The notes below the pieces were generated by a model. That model was not told the origin of the DNA, did not search any database, and was given only the letters and a program-made list of their open reading frames with translations. A DNA stretch of 64,000 bases from Clostridiales bacterium (GTDB taxonomy: Bacteria > Bacillota > Clostridia > Christensenellales > CAG-138). Both the position numbers and the translations under genes were made by a program. The DNA lies in the NCBI GenBank assembly GCA_004554165.1, contig SFNQ01000014.1:8520-72519 (forward strand). Direction: 5' to 3'. Shown here in pieces: positions 1-7,878 of the stretch; position 1 is the first letter of the stretch, and every line of letters begins with the position of its first letter.

Positions 1-1
1 C

Positions 2-109
2 GAGGGCGGCGACGGCGGCGGCGCCATTGTGGTCACCGGCACGCCCGAGGAGGTCGCCCGGTGCGAGGCCAGTTATACCGGCCAGTTCCTCAGAAACGTG
101 CTGGGCTGA
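2..109 (+). CDS. uvrA: excinuclease ABC subunit A, C-terminal end (5' part outside window)
   Basis: Frame 2 reads [35 protein letters not shown], matching the conserved UvrA C-terminus (..IV..GTPEEVA....SYTGQFL). Stop TGA at 107-109. Confidence 0.7.
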   Translation, partial: EGGDGGGAIVVTGTPEEVARCEASYTGQFLRNVLG

Positions 110-345
110 ACGGTTTTCTGTTCTTCCCTTTCCTTGAAAAGAGGCGGAAGCAGGAAGAAACTCCCCCTTTCCTCCTGACGGCAGGCAGGCCTTCACCGCA
201 TAGCGGTGCACGCTGCAAAAGCCCCCCTCCCTCCTGCCTGCGCCCGCTTCCCCGGGAAGCGGAATCCCCCGGGCGCGCCCCTACTTTTTGACTTTTTTGC
301 CCGCTTTTCTTTCCGGAAGAAGAAGCGGGAGAGAGGAGAAACCCT

Positions 346-1194
346 ATGTATACCCGCTGGCGGCTGTATATTCTTGGCGTATTCGTGTTTGCGTTCGTGG
401 CCTGTCTCATCGGTATCCACCTGCTGCGAAAGCGCGGCCTGCGCATCTCGCATTTGCAGGCGGGCTTTTTCCTGCTTGGCGCAATGCTTGTGCTGGAAAC
501 GCTCATCGTCCTGCGCCTGTCGAATTTTAATCTCGGCGTAATCCTGCCGGCCTTCTTTGGCCTGCCGCTGATTGCGCTGGCCTTTCTGCTTCCCCACATG
601 GACCATGGCTTTCTGCGCTTTCTCAAGTGGTTCACCGCAGGCTGCTATGCCGTGGCCTGCTGCATCTTTCTCGTATGCGGCGTGCTCATGCGCACCGCGC
701 AGCACGACGCCGCGGAGGTGGAGGCGGACGCAGTCATCGTACTCGGCGCCGCCATCCACGGCGACAAGGTGACCTGGGTGCTGGAAAACCGTCTGAACGA
801 GGCCATGGTCTTTCTCGAACGGCATCCGGATGCGGTCTGCGTCGTCTCCGGCGGCCAGGGGAAGGGCGAAACGGTAACCGAAGCCTCCGCCATGAAGAAA
901 TACCTCGTGGAGCACGGCGTGGACGCCGCCCGCATTCTGCCCGAGGAGCGGGCCACGAACACGGTGGAGAACTTCCGCTTCTCCAAGGATATCCTCGACC
1001 GGAGGCTAGGGCCCGACGCCGCCATTGCCTATGTTACCACAGATTTTCACGTTTACCGGGCGGGCCGCGTGGCCGCGGCGCAAGGCATCGATGTGACCGG
1101 CATCCCGGCGGAGGATGTCTGGTATCTCCGGCTCAACAACTTCCTGCGGGAGTGCGTGGGCATCTGTGTCTACGCCCTGACCGGAAAATTCTGA
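346..1194 (+). CDS. DUF218/YdcF (SanA/ElyC-like) membrane-anchored protein
   Basis: Several N-terminal TM helices, then the DUF218 core: DAVIVLGAAIHGDK..NRL..A..FLERHP..VCVVSGGQGKGE..TEASAMKKYL...GV....I..EERATNT.EN. RBS aggaga sits 6 nt before the ATG. Confidence 0.75.
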   Translation: MYTRWRLYILGVFVFAFVACLIGIHLLRKRGLRISHLQAGFFLLGAMLVLETLIVLRLSNFNLGVILPAFFGLPLIALAFLLPHMDHGFLRFLKWFTAGCYAVACCIFLVCGVLMRTAQHDAAEVEADAVIVLGAAIHGDKVTWVLENRLNEAMVFLERHPDAVCVVSGGQGKGETVTEASAMKKYLVEHGVDAARILPEERATNTVENFRFSKDILDRRLGPDAAIAYVTTDFHVYRAGRVAAAQGIDVTGIPAEDVWYLRLNNFLRECVGICVYALTGKF

Positions 1195-1327
1195 CCGGCA
1201 CGGCGGCCGCCCGGTCTTGGGCGCATGCGCCAGCGGGCAGGCGGCATTCTGTACCCGCGCCGGTCTCCAACGTGAAACGGCGCGCCGCACACGGCCTTTT
1301 GCAGGCCGGGAAAGGGGCTTTTCGCCA

Positions 1328-2959
1328 ATGGAAGCACAAACACAGATCATCCGTCCCCGGGTCGAGCGGGCCGCGCTCCTCCTGCTTGCGGCCGCCGTTG
1401 CGCTGCTGTTTGCGGCCTTTGCCGTAATCGCGCTGTCCTCGCTGGTCTCCACCTGCTCGATCGATCCGGCGTTCTATGCCAACGAGGAAATCCTCTACAC
1501 GCTCGACAATATTCCGCTGAACCTGCTGGCGCTCTGCGGGGCCTTCGCGCTCTGCGTATGCCTTGCCCTGCGCTTTCCCCGGGCGCTGACGCGCATCAAC
1601 CTGCGGCTTGTGGCGGCGCTGCTTTTGCTGCTGGTGCTGCTGCTCGGCGCGGCCTGGGTCATGGCCGTGGACTGCCAGCCGGAATATGACAGCCGCTACA
1701 TTACAACGGCGGCGGCCTCCGCAAGCCGGAACGACTTTTCGCCGCTGCTCGACGGCTACTTCCGGCGCTTTCCCTACCAGCTCGGCTATGTCTTTCTCCT
1801 GGAGTTGCAGCAGCGCCTGCTGGGCGCGGAAAACTTCATCGGCCTCGGGCTTGTCAACGTCCTCTGCCTTGTGGGCGCTTACGCCGCACTCCTCTGCATC
1901 ACGCGGCGGCTGTTTTCAGACCGGCGGGTTCTGTTTTTCACCCTGCTGCTGCTGCCGCTGTTTTTGCAGGGACCGCTGTTCTGCACCTTCATCTATGGCA
2001 ATCTTCCCGGCCTTTGTCCGATGCTCTGGGGCGTATATTTTGTTCTCCGCTTTTTTCAAACGGGCAGGGCGCGCCTGCTGCTCCCCGCCGCGCCGCTGCT
2101 GGCGCTGGCGGTGCTGGCAAAGCCCAACTACTGGATTGCCGTTCTGGCCTGCGGCATTGCGGCGCTTTTGCACCTGCTGGCGGCAAAGCGCTGGCAGGGG
2201 CTTGCCGCCGTGCTCCTTGCCGCCCTGCTCGCCTCGGGCGCGCTGCGGGGCGTGACGCTGCGCTACGAGCGTCTCGCGGATACGACCTTCGGCCCCGGCA
2301 CGCCGCAAACGGCCTGGCTGGCCATGGGCATGGGCGGCAGCTACATGGCCCCCGGCTGGTACAACGGCTATACCCGCAACATCCTCCCGGACAACGGCTA
2401 CGACGCGGACCGCGCGCGGGCGCAGATCCGGGAGGATCTCCGGCGCAACCTGGCCAAAATGCAGGATCCCGCCTATGCCGCGGCCTTTTTCGGCCGAAAG
2501 CTGCTGAGCCAGTTTCAGGAGACCTCCTTTGAATCCATCTTCGTAAGCAAGGATGCGCAGAACGGCCGTCCCGTCCCCGCAGCGGCAGAATGGGTCTACG
2601 GGCAGGGCGAGCCCGGCCTTTTGCGCTATTTTGACCTGTACATGCAGTTTGTTTACGTCTTTGCCGCAGCGGGCCTTTTCCTGCTGCTGCGCAGCCTCCG
2701 CCGGGCGCGAAAGGGCTTTGCCGGACGGCGCCCCTCCGCTCTGCCGGAGCCTCTGTCCGCCGGGGCCGCCGTTTCGCTGTGCGTCCTGCCCGTCATCCTG
2801 CTGGGCGGCTTTCTCTACCACATGCTGTTTGAAGGGAAATCGCAGTATATCCTCGTCTACATTCCGCTGCTGCTGCCCTACGCGGCCTTCGGCCTGTCCG
2901 CCGCAGCGGATGCGGCCGCAGCCCTGCTTCGGCGCGGCTCCGTCAGGGCGGCAGAATAA
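1328..2959 (+). CDS. polytopic integral membrane protein, possibly a GT-C-fold (ArnT/PMT-like) glycosyltransferase
   Basis: Long ORF with more than 10 hydrophobic segments and a first-loop region (EYDSRY...FRRFPYQLGYVFLLE) reminiscent of GT39/GT83 enzymes. Start moved to the internal ATG at 1328 (MEAQTQIIRP). Function is inferred only. Confidence 0.45.
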   Translation: MEAQTQIIRPRVERAALLLLAAAVALLFAAFAVIALSSLVSTCSIDPAFYANEEILYTLDNIPLNLLALCGAFALCVCLALRFPRALTRINLRLVAALLLLLVLLLGAAWVMAVDCQPEYDSRYITTAAASASRNDFSPLLDGYFRRFPYQLGYVFLLELQQRLLGAENFIGLGLVNVLCLVGAYAALLCITRRLFSDRRVLFFTLLLLPLFLQGPLFCTFIYGNLPGLCPMLWGVYFVLRFFQTGRARLLLPAAPLLALAVLAKPNYWIAVLACGIAALLHLLAAKRWQGLAAVLLAALLASGALRGVTLRYERLADTTFGPGTPQTAWLAMGMGGSYMAPGWYNGYTRNILPDNGYDADRARAQIREDLRRNLAKMQDPAYAAAFFGRKLLSQFQETSFESIFVSKDAQNGRPVPAAAEWVYGQGEPGLLRYFDLYMQFVYVFAAAGLFLLLRSLRRARKGFAGRRPSALPEPLSAGAAVSLCVLPVILLGGFLYHMLFEGKSQYILVYIPLLLPYAAFGLSAAADAAAALLRRGSVRAAE

Positions 2960-3004
2960 AACGTCCGCGCCTGCCCATACTCTTTTTCAGAAAGGAATCC
3001 TTCC

Positions 3005-3844
3005 ATGGAAACGCTTTGGAGCGAACTCAAAACCGGACTTTCCCAGGGCTTTATCTCCACGGTGTTGTCGGTGCTTGCGGCGCTGCTCATCCTGTTCGTC
3101 GGCCTGAAGCTCATCCGCTGGCTCGTCTCCCACTTTAAAAAATCCCGCGCGGCAAAGCGGCTGGACCCCACCGTGCTCTCCTTCCTCGTGAGCGTACTGA
3201 ACATCGGGGCGATCCTCCTGCTGGCGGTCCTCATTGCCAGCGTGGTAGGCGTATCCAGCGCGTCCATCGTCGCGGTGCTCGGCAGCGTGAGCCTTGCCAT
3301 CGGCCTTGCGTTGCAGGGGAGCCTGGCCAATTTTGCCGGCGGCGTGATGATCCTCCTGTTCAAGCCCTTTGTGATCGGCGACTATATTGAACTCAAAACC
3401 GGTGAGACCGGTACGGTAACGGATATCTCCATCTTTTACACAACGCTGCTGACCGTGGACAACCGCAGGCTGGTCATCCCAAACGGCGCCGTGTCCAACG
3501 CCTCCGTCACCAACTATACCGCCATGCCGCAGCGCCGCGTGGATCTTGAGTTCTCCGTGGCCTACGATTCCGACGCCGCGCTGGTCAAACGCCTGATCCT
3601 TGAAACGGCCGCGCAGGACCCCCGCATCCAGAAAGACCCCGCGCCCTTTGCCCGCATGACGCGCATGGACGCAAGCGCTCTGGTGTTCACCTTCCGGGGC
3701 TGGTGCGAAACCGGCGATTACTGGGAGGTGTATTTCGACCTGTGCGAGCGCGTCAAGGCCGCCTTTGACGCAAACGGCGTCGCCATCCCCTTCCCGCAGA
3801 TGGACGTCCACGTCAACGCGCCGCTCAAAACGGACGAAGGCTGA
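3005..3844 (+). CDS. mscS: small-conductance mechanosensitive channel (MscS family)
   Basis: TM helices followed by the MscS beta-domain signature: FKPFVIGDYIEL..GETGTVTDISIFYTTLLTVDNRRLVIPNGAVSNASVTNYT. Confidence 0.9.
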   Translation: METLWSELKTGLSQGFISTVLSVLAALLILFVGLKLIRWLVSHFKKSRAAKRLDPTVLSFLVSVLNIGAILLLAVLIASVVGVSSASIVAVLGSVSLAIGLALQGSLANFAGGVMILLFKPFVIGDYIELKTGETGTVTDISIFYTTLLTVDNRRLVIPNGAVSNASVTNYTAMPQRRVDLEFSVAYDSDAALVKRLILETAAQDPRIQKDPAPFARMTRMDASALVFTFRGWCETGDYWEVYFDLCERVKAAFDANGVAIPFPQMDVHVNAPLKTDEG

Positions 3845-4004
3845 GCTCAGCGCCCGGTGCGGGCTGCATCAAGCCCCTGCGGGCCTCCCTGTTTTCGGGC
3901 CTGTTCCATATTGATTTTATATATGCGGTATCTGCGCAAAACTCCTTTCCTTTTTCGGAAATTGTGCTATACTACAAACGGAATTGGGAGGTGTATTATA
4001 TATT

Positions 4005-4637
4005 ATGAAAAATCGAGTCGAAATCAAACAGATTGCAAAAGACGCCTTTTACCGCAACTACTGGCTCTGCGTTGGCGTCAACGTGGTTGTTTCCATCCTC
4101 ATCGGCGTCGTGTCCAGCATTACGTTCGGCATCGGTGCTCTCATCCTCACGCCTTCGCTGCTGATCGGCCTCAACGTCTTTTCGCTGGCCCTGTACAACG
4201 GCGGAGAGGCCAGCTTTGATACCGTATTTTCCCAGGGATTTGACAACTTTGGCCGCAAGCTCGGCGGATTCCTCTGGATGATGCTGTTCAGCTATCTCTG
4301 GTCGCTGCTGTTCGTCATCCCGGGCATTGTAAAATCCTTCTCCTACGCGCTCACACCCTATATCCTCGGAGACTGCAAGAATGTGCGCGCGCAGGATGCG
4401 CTGAAGCTCTCCATGCGCATGATGAAGGGCCATAAGGGCGAGCTGTTCGTGCTCTGCCTGAGCTTCCTGGGCTGGCAACTGCTTTCCGGGCTGACGTTCG
4501 GTCTGCTGCAAATTTTCTATGTGGGGCCCTATATGAACAACACCTTCGCCGGCTACTACGCCGAGCGCAAGGCCGCCGCGCTGGCAGAGGGCGTTGTCAC
4601 AGAGGCGGAGCTCTCCGGCGAAACCCCCATTGTGTAA
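4005..4637 (+). CDS. DUF975-family integral membrane protein
   Basis: Architecture MKNRVEIKQIAKDAF..YW..., four or more TM segments and a GxxxxL..FL..W pattern typical of DUF975. Internal ATG at 4005 preferred over the ORF-track start. Confidence 0.65.
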   Translation: MKNRVEIKQIAKDAFYRNYWLCVGVNVVVSILIGVVSSITFGIGALILTPSLLIGLNVFSLALYNGGEASFDTVFSQGFDNFGRKLGGFLWMMLFSYLWSLLFVIPGIVKSFSYALTPYILGDCKNVRAQDALKLSMRMMKGHKGELFVLCLSFLGWQLLSGLTFGLLQIFYVGPYMNNTFAGYYAERKAAALAEGVVTEAELSGETPIV

Positions 4638-4668
4638 CTTTTGCGCGGAAATCCAGACCGCATTCCCG

Positions 4669-4701
4669 CCCGCTGCCCGAAAAGGCAGCGGGTATTTTTT
4701 T
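4669..4701 (+). terminator. rho-independent terminator after the DUF975 gene
   Basis: Perfect 9-bp stem cccgctgcc / ggcagcggg with a 6-nt loop, followed by tatttttttt. Confidence 0.8.
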
Positions 4702-4714
4702 CCAAAACTTTATC

Positions 4715-4743
4715 TTGCACTTAAAATTATTTTATGTTAAAAT
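4715..4743 (+). promoter_or_regulatory. sigma-70-type promoter for marR-degV
   Basis: TTGCAC (4715-4720), 17-nt spacer, TAAAAT (4738-4743), in an AT-rich island 30 nt upstream of the marR ATG. Confidence 0.55.
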
Positions 4744-4773
4744 CTTTTTAAATTCAAAGAAACGGAGTCTCTT

Positions 4774-5253
4774 ATGACCGGCAGACAGCGGCGGCAGCTC
4801 AACCACTTTTTTGTGGAAACCTTCAACAACATCCTGCTTTATGAGGAGCAGGCCCTTTCCGACGCAGGGTCTGGCAAGCTCTCGGTCAAGGAGCTGCATG
4901 TGCTGGCAGCCGTAGGCCTGCTGGAAGCGGAAGGGCAGAACACCATGACCCGCATCGCCGCCGCGCTGAACATCACCGTGGGCGCGCTGACCACAGCGGT
5001 CAACACCCTCATCCGCAAGGGGTATCTTGCCCGCGTGGCGGACCAGAGCGACCGGCGGCTTGTCCGCGTCGTCCTCACGGAGAGCGGACGCCTTGCGGAT
5101 GCCCGGCACAGCGCCTTCCACGAGGATATGCTGGACCATGTAGCGGAGATTCTGACCGAAGCCGATGTGGAAACGTTGACGCGCTCACTGGACCGGCTCT
5201 CCGCCTTCTTTGAATCCGCAGCGCAAAAACAGACGACAGGAGAAGCCCCATGA
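4774..5253 (+). CDS. MarR-family transcriptional regulator
   Basis: Winged-helix text LSVKELHVLAAVGLL....NTMTRIAAALNITVGALTTAVNTLIRKGYLARVADQSDRRLVRVVLTESG. Its stop overlaps the degV start (ATGA). Confidence 0.85.
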   Translation: MTGRQRRQLNHFFVETFNNILLYEEQALSDAGSGKLSVKELHVLAAVGLLEAEGQNTMTRIAAALNITVGALTTAVNTLIRKGYLARVADQSDRRLVRVVLTESGRLADARHSAFHEDMLDHVAEILTEADVETLTRSLDRLSAFFESAAQKQTTGEAP

Positions 5254-6080
5254 CAAGAATCATCACCGACAGCACCTGCGATCTCACACTGGCTGAAGCG
5301 GAAGCACTGGGCCTTACCATGCTCTCACTGCACGTCAACTTCGGCAGCGAGTCCTACGAGGATAAGCGCACCATCACAAACGAGCAGTTTTACCAAAAGC
5401 TGCGCGAATCCGAAACGCTTCCCACCACCTCCCTGCTGAACGTGGGGGACTTTCAGCAGGCCTTTTCGGAGTTCCCCGACGAACCCATCGTCGTGCTGAC
5501 GATCTCGCGCAAGCTCTCCGGCACCTGCCAGAGCGCCATTCTCGCCAGAGAGGCCTGCGGGCGGGAGGATATCTACATCGTGGATTCGGGAACGGTGTCC
5601 ATCGGCCTGGGCCTGCTGGTCAAGCAGGCGGCGGCGATGCGCGACAGCGGCGTTCCCGCAGGGGAAATCGCCGAGCGGCTCTCCGCGCTTGCCGGCCGCG
5701 TTCGCGTGCTTGCCGTGCTTGACACGCTGAAATACCTCGTCAAGGGCGGGCGCCTCAGCGGGATGCAGGGCGCGGTAGGCGGGCTCCTGATGGTCAAACC
5801 CCTCGTCTCACTGGAGGGCGGCAAGGTTGTTACGCTCAAAAAGGCGCCCGGCAGCAAGGCCGCCGTGCGCGAGCTGGCGGCGCTTTGCAGCGAGGCCATG
5901 CCCATCGACCGGGAAATGCCGCTCTGCTTCGGCTACTCGTGCAGCGACGGGGCCATGCAAAAGCTGCGGGAGCTGACGGGCTTCCCGGAGGCAGGAGATG
6001 TTTACGTCATCGGCAGCGTGGTCGGCACGCACGCAGGGCCGGGCGTTGCGGCCATCGCCTATTTTGAAAAGCGGGACTGA
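5250..6080 (+). CDS. DegV-family fatty-acid-binding protein
   Basis: MTRIITDSTCDL...L.....V.L.V.F....Y.D N-terminus, and the IYIVDSGTVSIGLG and LDTLKYLVKGGR motifs typical of DegV/FakB. Confidence 0.9.
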   Translation: MTRIITDSTCDLTLAEAEALGLTMLSLHVNFGSESYEDKRTITNEQFYQKLRESETLPTTSLLNVGDFQQAFSEFPDEPIVVLTISRKLSGTCQSAILAREACGREDIYIVDSGTVSIGLGLLVKQAAAMRDSGVPAGEIAERLSALAGRVRVLAVLDTLKYLVKGGRLSGMQGAVGGLLMVKPLVSLEGGKVVTLKKAPGSKAAVRELAALCSEAMPIDREMPLCFGYSCSDGAMQKLRELTGFPEAGDVYVIGSVVGTHAGPGVAAIAYFEKRD

Positions 6081-6120
6081 GCCGCAGCGATACCTGACAA
6101 GGGGTTTGCCGAAACGGAAA

Positions 6121-6154
6121 GCGGGAGGGATCCGTTCCTCCCGCTCTTTCTGTC
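6121..6154 (+). terminator. terminator after degV
   Basis: 8-bp stem gcgggagg / cctcccgc, 8-nt loop, then tctttctgtc. Confidence 0.6.
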
Positions 6155-6182
6155 AATCCGCTCTCTTGATTGGCAGGATAAA

Positions 6183-6328
6183 CGCTTTCCATCGAAAGTC
6201 CAAAAGCCTTCAGGCGTCGAAAAGCACAGGGTACCCACCCATAAACCGGCGCTCCGTTCCGATGTGCATGCCGTCAGAGCCGGATGGAACGGCAAGGGCT
6301 GCGGCCCCTGACAATCCCGTTTTTTCGG
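6183..6328 (+). repeat. copy A of a GC-rich structured intergenic repeat family
   Basis: Shares gctttc.. start, cgaaag, ctccgttcYgaYgYgca, gtcagagccggatggaac, (a)ggggctgcggcccctga and ..cccg(g)ggttttcg with 56112-56268. Shares the 3' part with the reverse complement of 27897-28041. Confidence 0.7.
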
Positions 6329-6620
6329 CGGCCGGGCAGGAAGAAGCCGTCCCGTTCGCCTGCGACGCCCGTCCTTGGCGGCCCCTGCGCCCAAAGGGAT
6401 GCTCTCCCCGAGATTTCCGCGCGCTGCAATGCCGTCGAAGCGTCCAATGCACTCCGTAAGGGCGGAAGAGCGTTCCAGCGGGGCGGCCCCGGGTGCGGCC
6501 TTCGGCCGCGCCGGTGCGGCGGGCCGGCGCAGCCTCCACAAAAAGCGCAGGCCGCAGCGCGGGGCCCGCCGCACCCGTTCCGGCTACGGAACCCGGGGCC
6601 GCCCCGCACCGCGCAAAGGT

Positions 6621-7859
6621 TTATGCGTCCCTTCCGCCGCGCCTGCGAAGAAGATCCCCCGTCCCGGCCCAGGGCGCGCCCAAAAGCCGCACGCTGCGGC
6701 CCGGATGGTTGATGCAGGGCAGGGGTTGTCCCGCTTCATCCAGCAGGGCGGTCACGGCAAAGGGCTGCCCCGGCCTGCCGGGCGAGAGCAGCTCCAGCGT
6801 GTCGCCCACAAAGATGCGGTTTTTGGCCTGCACCGTACAAAAGCCCTCCGCATCCGCGTCCCCGGTCACAAGGCCCACATAGCGGCAATCGCCAAGGTAG
6901 GCGCCGTCCCAGGCTTGGCCATGCACAGGCCCCTCATAAAAGCCCGTGCAGTACGGCCGGTGGCTGATGGCCGCAAGCTCCGCCTCCACGGCCGCCCGAT
7001 CTGCCGTCCCGTCCAGCGCCATGCGGTAGGCGTTGACCGCGCCTGCGATATAAAACTCCGATTTCATTCTCCCTTCAATCTTAAAAGCGCTCACGCCCGC
7101 CGCCGCCAGCTGGTCCAGCAGGCCCGAGGCGTTCAGATCGAAGGCGCTGAGGATGGCGCTGCCGTTTTCCGTTTCCTCCACCGTATAGAATTCGTTGGGC
7201 CGTTTCTCCTCCTGCAGGCGGTAGCTCCAGCGGCAGGACTGGGCGCAGCTTCCGCGGTTGCCGCTGCGGCCGGCCAAAAAGGCGCTGAGCAGGCAGCGGC
7301 CGGAGTAGGCCATGCACATTGCGCCGTGGACAAAGGCCTCCAGCTCCAGCTCGGGCGGCGTATTATCCCGGAGCTTGCGGATCTCCGGGAGGGACAGCTC
7401 CCGCGCAAGCACCACCCGCTTTGCGCCCAGCGCGTGGTAGTGGGCGGCGGCGCGGTAGTTCATGCAGTTTGCCTGGGTGCTGACATGGATCTCCAGCTCC
7501 GGGCAGGCCTCGCGGATGGTCAGCAGCGCGCCAAGGTCGGAGACAATCGCGGCATCTGCTCCCAGCGCGTGCAGCGCCCGCGCGTAGGGGGCAAGCGCCG
7601 CCAGCTCGTCGTTTTCCGCAAAGGCGTTGACGGTGACATACAGCCGTTTTCCCGCCGCATGCGCTGCGGCTGCGGCCTCGGCAAGTCCCTCCATGGTAAA
7701 GCCAGCGCTGGCCGCGCGAAGCTGCAAAGCAGGCCCGCCCACATACACCGCGTCCGCGCCAAAGCGCAGCGCGGCCTGCAAGCCCGCCCTGTCGCCTGCC
7801 GGAGCCAGCAGCTCCAGCCTCTTTTTCCGCTCCTGCCCCATGTTTTCCTGTCCCTGCAT
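6621..7859 (-). CDS. U32-family protein (peptidase U32 / TrhP-YrrO-like prephenate-dependent hydroxylase family)
   Basis: LELLAPAGD...L.AAL.FGADAVYVGG N-terminus and Cys motif HGAMCMAYSGRCLLSAFLAGRSGNRGSCAQSCRW. Start set to ATG 7859, which follows a strong RBS (gggaggagagagg). Confidence 0.85.
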   Translation of the reverse strand: MQGQENMGQERKKRLELLAPAGDRAGLQAALRFGADAVYVGGPALQLRAASAGFTMEGLAEAAAAAHAAGKRLYVTVNAFAENDELAALAPYARALHALGADAAIVSDLGALLTIREACPELEIHVSTQANCMNYRAAAHYHALGAKRVVLARELSLPEIRKLRDNTPPELELEAFVHGAMCMAYSGRCLLSAFLAGRSGNRGSCAQSCRWSYRLQEEKRPNEFYTVEETENGSAILSAFDLNASGLLDQLAAAGVSAFKIEGRMKSEFYIAGAVNAYRMALDGTADRAAVEAELAAISHRPYCTGFYEGPVHGQAWDGAYLGDCRYVGLVTGDADAEGFCTVQAKNRIFVGDTLELLSPGRPGQPFAVTALLDEAGQPLPCINHPGRSVRLLGAPWAGTGDLLRRRGGRDA

Positions 7860-7878
7860 GCCTCTCTCCTCCCGCACC

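Noticed and set aside
110-345. Hairpins (ccgcttcc/ggaagcgg near 243-265; cccgctttt.../...aagcggg near 300-333) downstream of uvrA, considered as terminators or another repeat copy.
   Set aside because: The stems are short or imperfect, the U-tracts are not adjacent, and there is no sequence similarity to the three-copy repeat family. Support is too weak to annotate.
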